From Acidobacteriota bacterium (GTDB lineage: Bacteria; Acidobacteriota; UBA890; WLXD01), in contig CAXWPL010000005.1 in the NCBI GenBank assembly GCA_963666215.2, positions 1,536,001-1,600,000 of the forward strand: a stretch of 64,000 nucleotides of DNA. The letters are read 5' to 3'. Positions 1 to 10,622 of the stretch are shown one piece after another (the first letter of the stretch is position 1; every line of letters starts with the position of its first letter). A program made the position numbers and the translations under genes. A model generated the notes under the pieces. It was not told where the DNA came from. It did not search any database and saw only the letters and a list, made by a program, of their open reading frames with translations.

Positions 1-7
1 GATGGGG

Positions 8-1123
8 GGCCTTGTTGCACGATTCAACCCGGAGCGAGTCGGGACCGCTTTCCCAATCCCCTCGCTCAGGACACTACGGCGTAGGACTTCGGTCTGCCGA
101 GCTCGGCCATCCGGTTGAGGATGTGACACCCGATCATGACTTCTCTCGTCTGCGCCTTGCTGTGCCTCGCCTTCAGGCCGCCTCCCAGCAGCGACTTGTA
201 TCGGAAGAACCCGTTCTCAACCCGAGCCTGCTGCCGATAGCCCGACTCCTTCTGCCATTCTCGTCGTCCGACGTTGTGGATACTCTGCAAAGCCGCGTCT
301 CGCTGCGCCCACGGACCGTCCGTGGACTCCGCGGACACCGCCGAGTGACGAGGCGGGATCACGATCAGGACGTCCTCTGTACCGGCCGCCCCGATGCGAT
401 CGTAGATCGATCTGTGGTCATAGGCTCCGTCCGCCGTGAAACGCCGGATTGGAGCCTCGATCTGGTCGAGGAGATCAGGGAGGGTGGAGGCGTCGCCCTC
501 GCTGCTCGCCGTGAGCTCGGCCGCCACGATGAAGCCCTCGTCATCCACTCCGATGTGCAGCTTCCGCCAGTCCCGGCGCTTCCTCGATGCCTTGTACTTG
601 TGCACGTTCCACTCGCCAGAACCCAGGATCTTGAGCCCCGTGGAATCGACGACCAGGTGGATCGGGCCATCGTGGGCTCGGATCAAGGGCGGCACCTCGA
701 CGTCCTGGTTCCGGCGCGAGAGTGTGGTGTGGTCTGGGGCCTTGAGGTCCAGGCCCATCAAGCTCAGCAGCGAGTCCAGGAATCCCTCGGTCTGGCGAAG
801 CGGCAGACAGAAGACCATTCTCAGCGTCAACGCAGTCAAGATCGCGAGGTTCGAGTAAAGTCGCTGGCCTCCACGGAGGCCGTTCTTCGGTGGTGTCCAC
901 GCGGCGATCGCCTCCTCGCTCAGCCAGATCGTGACATCGCCGCGGCTCCTGAGGCCACGCTCGTACTTCCTCCAGTTCCGGACTCTGTACTTTGTCTTGT
1001 ACTCGCGGTTGACTCGGCTCGACTTCCGTGCGGCCATGGCATTGCCCCCTCGATCTCCATGAATGATCGGGCTCCGAACCGATGCTACCGTCGGGGCCAA
1101 AGGCGATTTCATGCACCAACGCC
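8..1123 (-). mobile_element. IS5-family (IS903-like) insertion sequence, copy 1
   Basis: Imperfect terminal IRs GGCCTTGTTGCACGATTC (8-25) and rc GGCGTTGGTGCATGAAAT (ending 1123) flank a DDE transposase. No target duplication is visible; the left flank is cut by the window edge. Confidence 0.9.
66..1037 (-). CDS. IS5-family transposase (intact)
   Basis: YRVRNW..Y..GL..RG, PDHTTLSRR, VDSTGLK, WRKLHIGVD, ADGAYD, GYRQQARVE motifs. Likely start MAARKS at 1037. Confidence 0.93.
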   Translation of the reverse strand: MAARKSSRVNREYKTKYRVRNWRKYERGLRSRGDVTIWLSEEAIAAWTPPKNGLRGGQRLYSNLAILTALTLRMVFCLPLRQTEGFLDSLLSLMGLDLKAPDHTTLSRRNQDVEVPPLIRAHDGPIHLVVDSTGLKILGSGEWNVHKYKASRKRRDWRKLHIGVDDEGFIVAAELTASSEGDASTLPDLLDQIEAPIRRFTADGAYDHRSIYDRIGAAGTEDVLIVIPPRHSAVSAESTDGPWAQRDAALQSIHNVGRREWQKESGYRQQARVENGFFRYKSLLGGGLKARHSKAQTREVMIGCHILNRMAELGRPKSYAVVS

Positions 1124-1213
1124 GTGGGGATCAAGAAGCGCGGGTCGGGAGTGCCTAGTACCTCTCACCCAGGGGGCGGGTGCTTCGTGGAAGGTCGGCG
1201 GCGGCTCGTTGCA

Positions 1214-1708
1214 TCAATCCTCTTCGGCGACTCTGGTCTTGAGGTACCCAACGTCGGCTGCGTCGCTCGGGCGAACCGTGTCCTTCATCCGGATGAGCAT
1301 TTCCTTGGTCGCTACAGGTACTGGAACGCCTTCAATCTCGATCGTCTCGACGCCCGCTTCGATGGTTGCCTGGGCGAAGTCGATGCCGCACGCCCTCGCC
1401 ATCAGATCCACGATGATTTCGTCCGCCACCCGCACTACGGCATAGCGCGAGATCTCGTCATCCCTCACCTCTGCGACTGCATTGTCCTCTAGATACGAGA
1501 GCGCCTCGCGAATCCTCTGCACGTTCGCTGGTGTGGTGTCGACCAGAAGGTCGATGTCTTTGGTCCCGCGTACGAACCCATGAAGGATCACCGCGAAACC
1601 CCCGATAAGGATGTAGCGGACCCCGGCTTCGTTTAGCCGCCGGCAGAGCTCGACGAGGTCTTCGAGCTCTGGCGCGCGTGAATACGTGCCATCTGGCGAA
1701 TCAGCCAC
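1214..1708 (-). CDS. Minimal nucleotidyltransferase (DUF6036/AbiEii-like fold)
   Basis: YILIGGFAVILHG..RGTKDIDLLV motif and C-terminal K...R..D..D. Confidence 0.8.
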   Translation of the reverse strand: MADSPDGTYSRAPELEDLVELCRRLNEAGVRYILIGGFAVILHGFVRGTKDIDLLVDTTPANVQRIREALSYLEDNAVAEVRDDEISRYAVVRVADEIIVDLMARACGIDFAQATIEAGVETIEIEGVPVPVATKEMLIRMKDTVRPSDAADVGYLKTRVAEED

Positions 1709-1863
1709 TTGTCCGCATCCTCGTGGGTGGTGAAACGGTGCACACCTCTCGGGGCCAAGCCAACGCCCCGCAACCGGTTGATGAGTCGCTGCATCGCTCG
1801 ACTTTCGGCGATCGGGCTCTGAGAGCCTTTGCGTTTGGTGTGGATTCGTTGATCGTTGCTCAC
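1633..1863 (-). CDS. Small basic protein overlapping the nucleotidyltransferase gene (possible antitoxin/partner)
   Basis: 76 aa, PRGVHRFTTHEDADKW, overlaps the NTase start by 76 nt on the same strand. Confidence 0.55.
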   Translation of the reverse strand: MSNDQRIHTKRKGSQSPIAESRAMQRLINRLRGVGLAPRGVHRFTTHEDADKWLIRQMARIHARQSSKTSSSSAGG

Positions 1864-1888
1864 GCGTTCTTCTTCCCGGACTCTAAGT

Positions 1889-2108
1889 CTATCCTTGCCG
1901 GTGCCAGCGGACGACCGTCTCGGGCTGGACGATCACGAGCGCCTGCTTCCAACGACTCCATCGGCGCCGGAGAATGCTCCAGAAGACCCGATCGACGGTG
2001 GTCAACAACGGCCGCTTCGCGGCCTGAAGCACTGAGAGCTGCTGCCGAAGAGCCAGGTTTTCGAGGGCGAGCTCGCGGCGAGTCTGGAAAGCCGCCAGTC
2101 CTGAGCGA
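1889..2108 (-). pseudogene. N-terminal remnant of an integrase-core transposase
   Basis: ELALENLALRQQL..KRP.L...DRVFW...W...LVIVQPETVVRWHRQG is homologous to the N-terminus of 9568-10622. Cut by IS6 at 2109. Confidence 0.8.
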
Positions 2109-2913
2109 GGTACTGTCAGGTTGAGCCGATGGGTGGCAGAGTCAGCCCATGAAGAGCAGCACACCCAGCTACCGCGGCCACCGGTTCCCGCCCGAGATCA
2201 TCACTCACGCCGTCTGGCTCTACTATCGCTTCTGCCTGAGCCTTCGCGACGTCGAGGATCTCCTTGCGGAGCGGGGAATCGTCGTCTCCTACGAGACCAT
2301 CCGTCAATGGTGCCGGAAGTTTGGCACCGAGTACGCCCGTAAGCTGAAGCGGCGCGACGGGCGATTGGGCGACACGTGGTTCTTGGACGAAGTCTTCGTG
2401 ACCATCCAGGGCAAGAGGCAGTACCTGTGGCGTGCCGTCGACCAGGACGGCGACGTGATCGACATCCTTGTGCAGCCACGTCGTGATCGAAAGGCAGCCG
2501 AACGCTTCTTCCGCAAGCTGTTGAAGGGCCAAGGAGCAGAGCCGCTACGCCTAGTGACCGACAAGCAGGAGCTACGGCGCGGCGCAGCGGACCATCATGC
2601 CCTCCGTCCGGCACGAAACGAGGCAGTACGCCAACAACCGAGCTGAGGTTTCCCACCAGCCGACGCGTCAGCGAGAGCGACAGATGCGTCGCTTCAAGTC
2701 GCCCGGCCAAGCGCAACGCTTTCTCTCCGCTCACGCAGTCATCCAGAACCTGTTCCGCGTTGGGCGGCACCTCGTCAGCTCAGCCAACCACCGGACGCTG
2801 CGAGATCGCTCCTTCGGCGTCTGGAGGCAGGTGACGTGTGTCTCCTGAATCCGAGCCGGCAGACCCTCGATAACGCCAGATCTCGCCTCGACCAAGGCCA
2901 AGTTGACAATGCC
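2109..2913 (+). mobile_element. IS6-family insertion sequence, copy 1 (frameshifted transposase 2149-2848)
   Basis: Ends GGTACTGTCAGGTTG and rc GGCATTGTCAACTTG. Motifs YRGHRFP.EII, LDEVFV, YLWRAVDQDG, NNRAE.SH. 2-nt deletion near 2566 relative to copy 2. Different truncated genes on each side, no TSD. Confidence 0.92.
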
Positions 2914-3160
2914 CCGGCGGGTCCTCGAGAAAGAAGTAGCGGAAGTTATCGCCGAAACTCTCGACGAGGCCGGGCGCCAACGGCTGAGACGAACCGTTCT
3001 CGACCACGATCACCTCGTACTCCCGCGGGCCGACTCTTCGCTGAAAGGCCGCCGACAACGAGTACAGAGTGCGCGGGGCTTCCCGGCGCATGTTGTGGAC
3101 GGCCACGACGATCGAGAGCCTCGGCTCCGCCACCTCGCTCGACCCGCGCTGCCCCGTCAT
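2914..3160 (-). pseudogene. Glycosyltransferase family 2, N-terminal fragment
   Basis: PRLSIVVAVHN...YEVIVVENGSS. Truncated at the IS6 end. Confidence 0.85.
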
Positions 3161-4554
3161 GGGAGATACCCGAGCGCTCGTAGCTCCTCGATGTCCTCGG
3201 CTTCCAGTTCGCTGGCCGGGGACTCTTGGACGGACAGCCAGTAGGCCGCGAGGAGTCTCACCAACTCTCGATGCCGAGGGTCGTCGGGATCCGGAGCGCC
3301 GCCGTCAAGCTCTTCCGGGTCCTGCACGAGATCGAAGAAGCGAAATGAGCCCTCGCTCCAGATCGCCTTCAGATTGGAGTCGAAGACCGCAAAGTGGTCC
3401 ACGTCCGGGGCCTCGTCAAACTGCTGCTCGCCGAGAGAACGGACCTCGGCGAAGTAGCGGCGGGGCGCAAGCGGCTCGCCCCTCAGGGCAGCGGCCAGCG
3501 AACGCCCCGCGAGGTTCTGCGGAATCGGGACGCCGAGCAAGTCCAGGATCGTCGGCGTGACGTCGATCAAGCCCACCCGGCCTGCGATCCTCTTTGGCGT
3601 ACGAGCTTCAGGCACTCGGATGATCAGGGGGACGTGGAGCACGGGCTGCCAGAGAATCCAGCCGTGGCCTATTGCGTCGTGCTCCCCGAGCGCTTCCCCA
3701 TGGTCCGACGCCAGGACAACGAGAGTGGTGCCCATCAGATCGCGATCGCGCAATTCGGCCAGCACCTGCCCAACGAATCGGTCCACCGCGAGCACTTCGC
3801 CGTCGTAGAGCGCCCTGAGCGCCGCTCGCTCCTCGGCGCTCCAGGGAATCGCATCACCGAGGCCAAGCAGCGCCCCAACCTCGGCACCCTCTGCAAACGG
3901 CCCCTTGTATCCCGCGCTGGCATGTCTCTCCCGAGCATGGGGCGACAGGCGATAGGGAGTGTGAGTGTCAAAGTAGTGAAGCCACTAGAAAAAGGGCTCT
4001 TCCGAGCGAACATCGAGCCAGGACAGGGCTCGTTGGTTGACTTCCTCGCTCGGCAGGGCATGGGGCGACTTCTCCGGCGGATCGATCTGGACGGAGAAGC
4101 CCTGGTGCAAGCCTCCACGGGTCAGCAGGGAACTGACGCTGACGAAGGCGGCCGTCTGATAGCCGCGCTCGGCGAGCGTCTCAGCGAGGGTTGTGAACCC
4201 GTCGCCGAGCCCATCACCGTTCCAGCGCACGCCGTGGTCTCTCGGATAGAGGCCGGTGAGCATGGTGGTATGGGAGGGGAAAGTCGTTCCGATGGCGCTC
4301 ACGGCGTTATCGAAAACCGTCGCCGACGCAGCCAGCGTGTCGATGTGGGGCGAAAGGCCCAAGGGGTTGCCATACGTGCCGAGCGCGTCCGCCCGCAGAG
4401 TGTCGAGCGTTATGAGGACGACATTCAGGGCCTCGGATGGGCGCGAGCACGCACCCAGGCTCGACGTCACGATCAGAGCCGCCCCGACCCGCATCCACCT
4501 CGTCGTTCGCCGGCTCTTCGGGAAGAGTTCGCGAGGCAAGGCGTGCGCAGTCAA
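3157..4554 (-). pseudogene. Sulfatase-like lipoprotein (alkaline phosphatase superfamily, TxPSH motif) with one in-frame TAG at 3985-3987
   Basis: NVVLITLDTLRAD, TTFPSHTTMLTGLYP..HG, PFF*WLHYFDTHTPY, YDGEV..VD, SDHGE and C-terminal LRALGYL all lie in one frame. Confidence 0.85.
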
Positions 4555-5189
4555 GGGCAGCGCCTCAAGTAGCCGTTGGGGTTGTAAGTCGCGTTGGTCC
4601 CGAACATATCGGTGTAGTCAGTGACTACCTCGAACGACCCTGGCCATCTCTCGAAGAACTCCGCGATCGCGCGGTTGGGCCCACCGGAGTACTTGTCCGA
4701 CAGCCCAAGCTCCGCCAGGACACCGTCTTCGATCACCAGGAGCTCACCGGCGCAAAGGTGACTCCGGAAGAAGTCCAGAGCCGCTAGGCAGCCCGCGTGA
4801 GTATGAGCCGAGTCCTCGACCACCAGCCACGGACGAGGTAAAGAGAAAAGGTCTTGCTGCGTGAACACCTCGTCCAGGTTCCCGACATCACCTTCGAGGA
4901 AGCGGCCGTCACAGTCCGGCGGATTCGTCGGAGTGTTCATGTCGATCGAAACAACGGTGGCGCCGAGGTCGAAAGTCGCGGCAGAGTCACAAAAGAACAA
5001 GGCACTGCCCCCCTCCTTCGAGCCGATTTCGAGAATTGTCTTCGGTTTCTCGGCCCACAGCAGGCGGAGGTAGATCGCCAGATCGATCGGACTCTTGAGA
5101 CAGGGCACGCCCTTGTACGTGTAGCCGAGGGACCCCTGTTGGTAGGCATCCAGGAAGTCCGCGGAAAAGGCGGTCTCAAACGACCTCAT
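4551..5189 (-). CDS. CmcI/cephalosporin-hydroxylase-family (rhamnosyl O-) methyltransferase
   Basis: YKGVPCLKSPIDL..Y, ILEIGS..GGS, VEDSAH, VIEDG, GGP..AI.EF, TYNPNGYL. Start uncertain. Confidence 0.85.
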   Translation of the reverse strand: MRSFETAFSADFLDAYQQGSLGYTYKGVPCLKSPIDLAIYLRLLWAEKPKTILEIGSKEGGSALFFCDSAATFDLGATVVSIDMNTPTNPPDCDGRFLEGDVGNLDEVFTQQDLFSLPRPWLVVEDSAHTHAGCLAALDFFRSHLCAGELLVIEDGVLAELGLSDKYSGGPNRAIAEFFERWPGSFEVVTDYTDMFGTNATYNPNGYLRRCP

Positions 5190-5193
5190 CTCC

Positions 5194-6087
5194 CTATCCC
5201 CTACGGCCTTCGCCACCAAACCGCTGTCCAATCGACCTCCTCGTATCGGGCAATGCCTCTCCTCGCCTGCCGAAGAAGTCTTCGACAGCGGCCCGACACT
5301 CGGCGATGTTGTTGAAATCATCGACAATGACAATGCCGCCCGGCACCACATTCTCGTACTGATGGACCAGTGTATCCATCGTCGAGCTGTAGAGATCTCC
5401 GTCGAGTCGCAGGAGCGCGAGCCGATCCACCGGAGCCGCCGGCAGAGTCTCGCTGAACCATCCCTCCAGGAAGATCACCTGCTCGTCCAGTAGATTGTAG
5501 CGCTCGAAGTTGCGCTCGACCTCTTCGCGGCTCACGGCCAGTTCTGGAAACTGGGCCTTGCTGAGGTCAAGGCTATCGCTCTCCATCGGCGTGGGCAGGC
5601 CATCGAAAGAATCCGCCACAAAGACCCGCCGATCGGCCATTGAGAAGGCGCGAAGATAGCCACGCATGAAGATGCAGGCACCTCCTCTCCATACACCGCA
5701 CTCCATCAGGTCGCCTGGAATACCCTCGCGCCGGATCAGCTCCATGCAGTGATGGAGGTTGTCCATTCGTAGCTTGCCGATCATCGAATGGTTGAAGCCC
5801 GAGTTGTGGATGTCCCGATACGGGAACTGACCGATTCGCCGCGAGCGCAGGTACTCCTGGTGGACTTCGGGCGACGCCAGGCTCACGTCATGAAGTGCCC
5901 TGTAGTCGAACTGAGCTTCGCCCCGCAGGCAACGGCATAGGTAAGAGATGCGCTCCTCGTCCTCGAGGTAGAGCGTGTTGATCAACGCCCTCTTCAGCAA
6001 GTCCAGGTAGAGGTCCTGCGACCCGACCGAGTCTCGCTCGGGATCGGTGCGCTCCTCCTCTTCGCTGCAGCTACGTAACTCGGCCAA
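5194..6087 (-). CDS. TylF/MycF-type (macrocin) O-methyltransferase, probable frameshift near the C-terminus
   Basis: YLDLLK, SMIG..RMDNL, PGDLMECGVWRGG, DSFDGLP, GWFSETLP, LRLDGDLYSST, GGIVIVDD. The family-typical tail VDWTAVWWRRP* is in another frame, ending at 5201. Confidence 0.9.
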   Translation of the reverse strand: MAELRSCSEEEERTDPERDSVGSQDLYLDLLKRALINTLYLEDEERISYLCRCLRGEAQFDYRALHDVSLASPEVHQEYLRSRRIGQFPYRDIHNSGFNHSMIGKLRMDNLHHCMELIRREGIPGDLMECGVWRGGACIFMRGYLRAFSMADRRVFVADSFDGLPTPMESDSLDLSKAQFPELAVSREEVERNFERYNLLDEQVIFLEGWFSETLPAAPVDRLALLRLDGDLYSSTMDTLVHQYENVVPGGIVIVDDFNNIAECRAAVEDFFGRRGEALPDTRRSIGQRFGGEGRRG

Positions 6088-6318
6088 CTCGCTTCATCTC
6101 CTTCATTGCTTGTTCACCGACGCTACCGGGACTTTACCTCGTTGGCTCGCCACCACTCGAAGATGGCCTGCCCCGCCGCAGCGTATCCGCTTGGCGTCAT
6201 GTGCCCGTCGTAGCTCCAGTAGGTTCGATTGCCCGTACTCTCCAACCGCCGCAGGGACGCTGTCAAGTCGAGGAATGGCAGCGGGTGCACGACACCAGAG
6301 TGATGAGCTGGATCCGGG

Positions 6319-6373
6319 TTGACGTTCCGTAGGTCTTGGCGATAGTGTTCTGACAGCTCTATAGACTGTCAGA
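6319..6373 (+). promoter_or_regulatory. Putative ISKra4 promoter with palindromic operator/hairpin
   Basis: TTGACG (6319), GATAGT/TAGTGT near 6341, and inverted repeat TCTGACAG-N9-CTGTCAGA (6349-6373) directly before the ATG. Confidence 0.45.
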
Positions 6374-6805
6374 ATGGAGGCTGCCATGACCGACACTCCG
6401 CCCCGCCTTGCCGAGCTAGAGAAGCGACGCCGAGAAGTGCGAGAGCTGCTGGGCAATATCGGCGAGATGCGCCCCGGATCTTTGGTCGGACGCTACCGCA
6501 AGTGCGGCAAGCCGGGCTGCCACTGTGCGCGGCCCTCCGAGCCGGGGCATGGCCCGAGCTGGTCACTCACCCGCCGGGTCGAGGGCAAGACTGTGACCAA
6601 GGTCATCCCCCCAGGCCCAGGCGTCGAGCGCACCAGAGCGCAGATTGACGAGTGCCGGCGCTTTCGGCGCCTGGCTCGGGAGCTGATCGAGATCAGCGAG
6701 CAGCTGTGCGACGCGGCACTGCGAAGGGCGGAGGATCCGGAGGAGCAAAAAGGGGGCTCCAGACGATTTTCGAGGCCGAGATCGCGACCGAAGTCGAGGC
6801 GCTGA
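6374..6805 (+). CDS. ISKra4 accessory orfA (DUF6788-like)
   Basis: MRPGSL..RYRKCGKPGCHC....GHGP.W.LT...GKT motif. Confidence 0.8.
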   Translation: MEAAMTDTPPRLAELEKRRREVRELLGNIGEMRPGSLVGRYRKCGKPGCHCARPSEPGHGPSWSLTRRVEGKTVTKVIPPGPGVERTRAQIDECRRFRRLARELIEISEQLCDAALRRAEDPEEQKGGSRRFSRPRSRPKSRR

Positions 6806-8108
6806 TCAGCCCAGAGGCGCTCGAGGCGCTCGACTTCGAGGCCTTGGAGACGAGCGCGCGCCGGCGGGCCCTCGAGCTGGCGGCACGGGCAGTGGAGCAG
6901 CGGCTCAATTCGGATCACACCGATCACGTCGGTGCGGCGGCGCCGTGCGACTGCGCTCAGACGGCTCGCTACGCCGGTCGTCGGGCCAAACGCTTCGAGA
7001 CCGTCCTCGGATCGATGCACCTGGAGCGGGCGTATTACGACTGTCTGCACTGTCAGAAAGGCTTCTGCCCTCGCGACCGTGTGCTGGGTCTCGAAGGCCG
7101 CTCGCTGTCGCCGGCCGTCACCCGGATGGTGGGCACCGTCGGTGCCCTGGTGAGCTTCCAGGAGGGCAGCGAGCTTCTCTCGGAGCTTTCGGGGATCGAG
7201 GTCGGCGCCAAACAGGTGGAGCGCACCTCGGAGGCCTTGGGGCGCGAGATTGCGGCCTACGAGCAACAGGTCATCGAGCCCGTCGAGTCTTCACACATCC
7301 CGCAGACGCTCTACCTGGGAGTGGACGGCACCGGGGTGCCGATGCGCCGCTGCGAGCTTACCGGCCGCCCGGGCAAGCAGCCCGACGGATCGGCCAAGAC
7401 CCGGGAGGTGAAGCTTTGTACGCTCTGGAGCGCCGAAACCCGCGACGACGAGGACCGCCCGGTGCGCGATCGGGGCTCGGTGAGCTACTCCGCCGCCATC
7501 GAGACGGCGGCTACTCAGGACGTGGACTCAACTCAACCGTGGCTCCCTTCTGGCAGCGAGTCGAGCGCGAAGCGAAGCGTCGAGGCTTCGATCGAGCCCG
7601 ACGCCAGGTCTTCCTCGGCGATGGGGCACTGTGGATCTGGAATCTCGCCGACGAGCTCTTTCCCAAAGCGACCCAGATCGTCGACCTCTTCCACGCCATG
7701 GAGCACCTCAGCGAGGTGGCGCGGGCGATCTATGGAGCCTCCAGCGACCTCGCCACCGCCTGGGCTCGGCAGCGCTATGACGAGCTCGAGGCCGGAGACC
7801 TCGACGCCCTTCTCGGAGTCCTCCGTACGCACCAGACCAGCTGTGAGGAGGCTCGCAAGGCGGCGGCGTACTTCCAACGCAACCAACACCGTATGCGCTA
7901 CGATCGCTTCCGCGCCAAAGGGCTCTGCACCTCGACCGGCGTCGTTGAAGCCGGGTGCAAGGTCGTCGTCGGCCACCGCCTCAAGCGCGCTGGGATGCAC
8001 TGGAGCCTCAACGGCGCTAACGCCATCCTGGCTCTGCGCTGTGCGAGGCTCAGCGGCCGATTCGAGATGTTCTGGAACTCCACACACCGCTGCCGACACA
8101 CTGCGTAA
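6740..8108 (+). pseudogene. ISKra4 transposase, frameshifted by a 5-bp tandem duplication at 7526-7535
   Basis: C-C..RY, RAYY.C..C..G..P.D, GVDGTGVP, REVK, then in a shifted frame LGDGA.WIW, D.FHA.EHL, RMRY, GVVEAGCK, RLKRAGMHW. Start uncertain. Confidence 0.85.
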
Positions 8109-9384
8109 CAGCCGCACCCAACCACCTCATCTCACAAATCTGACGTACGCCCAATGGCAGCGAGAGTTCTCGTGTGGTCGCCTCGAGGCTTCGCGCCTGG
8201 GCTTGGTACCGCTCATCGAGCAGCGACTCTCCACTACCTTCCGAGAACTCGAGCTGATGCGGCAAGTAGCCATCCCAAACCTGGAGCAACGTCGGCAGGT
8301 AGACGACCCAGAGACGGCACGAGTAACCGGCCACGTAGTCCCTGACGGAGGTGAGATACTCGCCCAACTCAGCCGGCTTTTGAAGGGTTTCCCTCATGCG
8401 CGCATAGTGATTCGCCACGAAGGCGTTGAAACGGCCCATCCTCATCGCCTCGGCGATGTCGGGGCGCACGTACTGCTCCATCTCGGACGCTCTCCGGCCG
8501 TCCGACCACGGATTCCGAGGATCCGGAACGGCCGCGACGAAAGACGCCGGCTCCCCTCGCCAGCGGGGAGCGATCGGCCTGCCCCGTGCCAGCCCACGCA
8601 CCAGGTAGTAGAACCGCGGGATCCACCACCGTGAGACCTCTGGCTCCACGGCGCCCTCCTGCCAGCCGGGGCCCAGCTCGAACGGGGCGATAAGGTCATT
8701 CGGATAGAGAACGAGAATGAGATGGTCTGGACGGAAAAGCGGGACGGAGTCTCGGACCAGCATCGAGTACTCGCGCAAGCCGGCTGCTCCAACTCCCATG
8801 TTCAGGACTTCGCCACCCCGATCGCGATCGAGCTCAGCCTCGAATGCCGCCGGAATCGTGTCGGACGCGCCGGCCATGAATCCCTCCACCATACTGTCCC
8901 CGACGATGGCGATGCGCGGCCCGTTCACTGGCTTGGGGCGCCAATTGTGGTCCCGGAAGCCATAGAGGCTGAGCCGGTGAGTGATGTCGACGCCGTCCGG
9001 ATCGGAGATCCATCGAATCCGCGCGTTGGCCCGCGACGACCGCGGCTCGAGGGCCCCGGCGGTTACCGCCAGACTGTAGGTGCCGCGGTCGAAGTTGAGA
9101 ATCTCGGGGACCGGGAAGACCAGACGAAGAAGACTCTCGAGCAAAACAAGACCGTAGACGGTCACGCCGATCCAGCGGCGGTTCTTCCGGTTCACCATGT
9201 TGCGAGTCTCGAGAGGACGCAGTGCCCTATCGCCATCGTTCGATGCGCCCGGCGCGGCTCCGGCCCGCAAGACGCACGGCGATGATACGTCAGCCAACCC
9301 GAGAATCCAGGCAATGAACTCTGACCAGCCCGGCGGTCCGATGTTGCCTGGGCGCGGCGGAGTGAAAACCCGGGTCGGCCGGGC

Positions 9385-9419
9385 AACAAAGAAAGGGAGC
9401 GGCCCGAAAGCCGCTCCCT
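9385..9419 (-). terminator. Rho-independent terminator
   Basis: AGGGAGCGGC-ccgaaa-GCCGCTCCCT 10-bp stem followed on the minus strand by TTCTTTGTT. Confidence 0.7.
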
Positions 9420-9567
9420 GGTTGTCCTCTCGACCGCTGCTCTGCCGGCTAGGTGTCGCTCCTCAAAACAGATCCGCCTGTGAAATCAGCAGATTAGAGC
9501 GCGAGTCCTCACCCCTGGCGCGATTGGCTGTTGCGTCCCCGAACCGCTTCCGTCAGTCTATACGGCC

Positions 9568-10622
9568 ATGACCAAGCTCTTCCTCATGCTAGTCACGATC
9601 GTTCTCCGAGCGCGCCGACTTGTCTTTCGGTCGCGGTCCGATCTTGTTCTAGAGAACGTCGCCTTGAAACAGCAGGTCGACGCGCTGAAGCAGAAGCGAC
9701 CTGGCCCGCGACTCGACGACGCCGGTCGGGCCTTCTGGGTGGCGATGAGAAGAGTGTGGAGCGGCTGGGCCGAACGCCTCGTCATTGTGAAGCCGGAGAC
9801 CGTAGTGAAGTGGCATCGTGAGCGTTTTCGGCGCTACTGGACCGAGATCTCCCGACACAAGCGCTGCCCAGGGCGGCCGAGAGTTGAGGGGGAGATCCGC
9901 GAGTTGATCCGTAGGATGGCTCTGGAAAACAACTGGGGAGCTCCGCGGATTCACGGTGAACTGGAGAAGCTGGGCTTCAGCCTCTCCGAGGCGACCGTCT
10001 CCCGGTACATGCCGCGACGGCCGGCAGATCTCGACGTCGTCCAACGGTGGTTGAGTTTCCTGCGCAACCACAAGGAATGCATCGCAGCGATGGACTTCTT
10101 CACCGTCCCGACCGCCTCGTTCGTGTTCTGTACTGCTGGTTCGTCATCCACCACGACCGACGACGGATCCTTCACTTCAACGCCACGTATAACCCGAGCT
10201 CTGCCTGGGTTATCCAGCAGCTGAGGGAGGCGTTCCCCTACGACACGGCACCGAGGTATCTGATCTTCGACCGCGACGCCATCTTCAGCAAGGCGGTGGC
10301 CGGGTTCGTCCGGTCGATGGGAACCAAGGTGTGTCGAACTGCCTATCGAAGCCCCTGGCAAAACCCTGTGGCAGAGCGCTGGATCGGTGGGTGCCGCCGC
10401 GAGCTCTTCGATCACGTGATCGTGGTCCACGAGCTGCACGCCATCCGGCTCGCCCGCGCCTACATCGACTACTTCCATGAGGACCGCACCCATCTCGGCC
10501 TCGGCAAGGACACGCCGTCTAGGCGACCAGTGACACCGCCCCCGGCGCCGACCGCGAAGGTCGTCTCGATGCCTCGTGTCGGAGGGCTCCATCACCGATA
10601 CGAGTGGCGCGAAGCCGCCTGA
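9568..10622 (+). pseudogene. Integrase-core-domain (rve) transposase with a 1-nt frameshift near 10120
   Basis: PETVVKWHR, WGAPRIHGEL, AMDFFTV; then RYLIFDRD, SPWQN..AERWIG..RRE, YFHEDRTH.GL, GGLHHRY in the next frame. Confidence 0.87.

Larger units (their letters stand above)
6283..8152 (+). mobile_element. ISKra4-family insertion sequence with 9-bp target duplication
   Basis: Ends GGGTGCACGACA and rc GGGCGTACGTCA. Direct repeat AATGGCAGC at 6274-6282 and 8153-8161. Confidence 0.93.
6123..9198 (-). pseudogene. SGNH/GDSL hydrolase (AlgX/AlgJ-like acyltransferase) split by ISKra4
   Basis: N-part (9198-8153) has a TM segment, GDSMVEG, NMGVGAAG and YPND. The frame resumes at 6282 as LPFLDLT...YWSYDGHMTPSGY...* (DxH motif), stop at 6123. 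Confidence 0.88.

Noticed and set aside
12-1445. 477-aa plus-strand ORF and similar long ORFs (3394-4572, 45720-47270, 54817-56031, 58258-59478)
   Set aside because: Antisense shadows of real genes in GC-rich DNA; no recognisable motifs.
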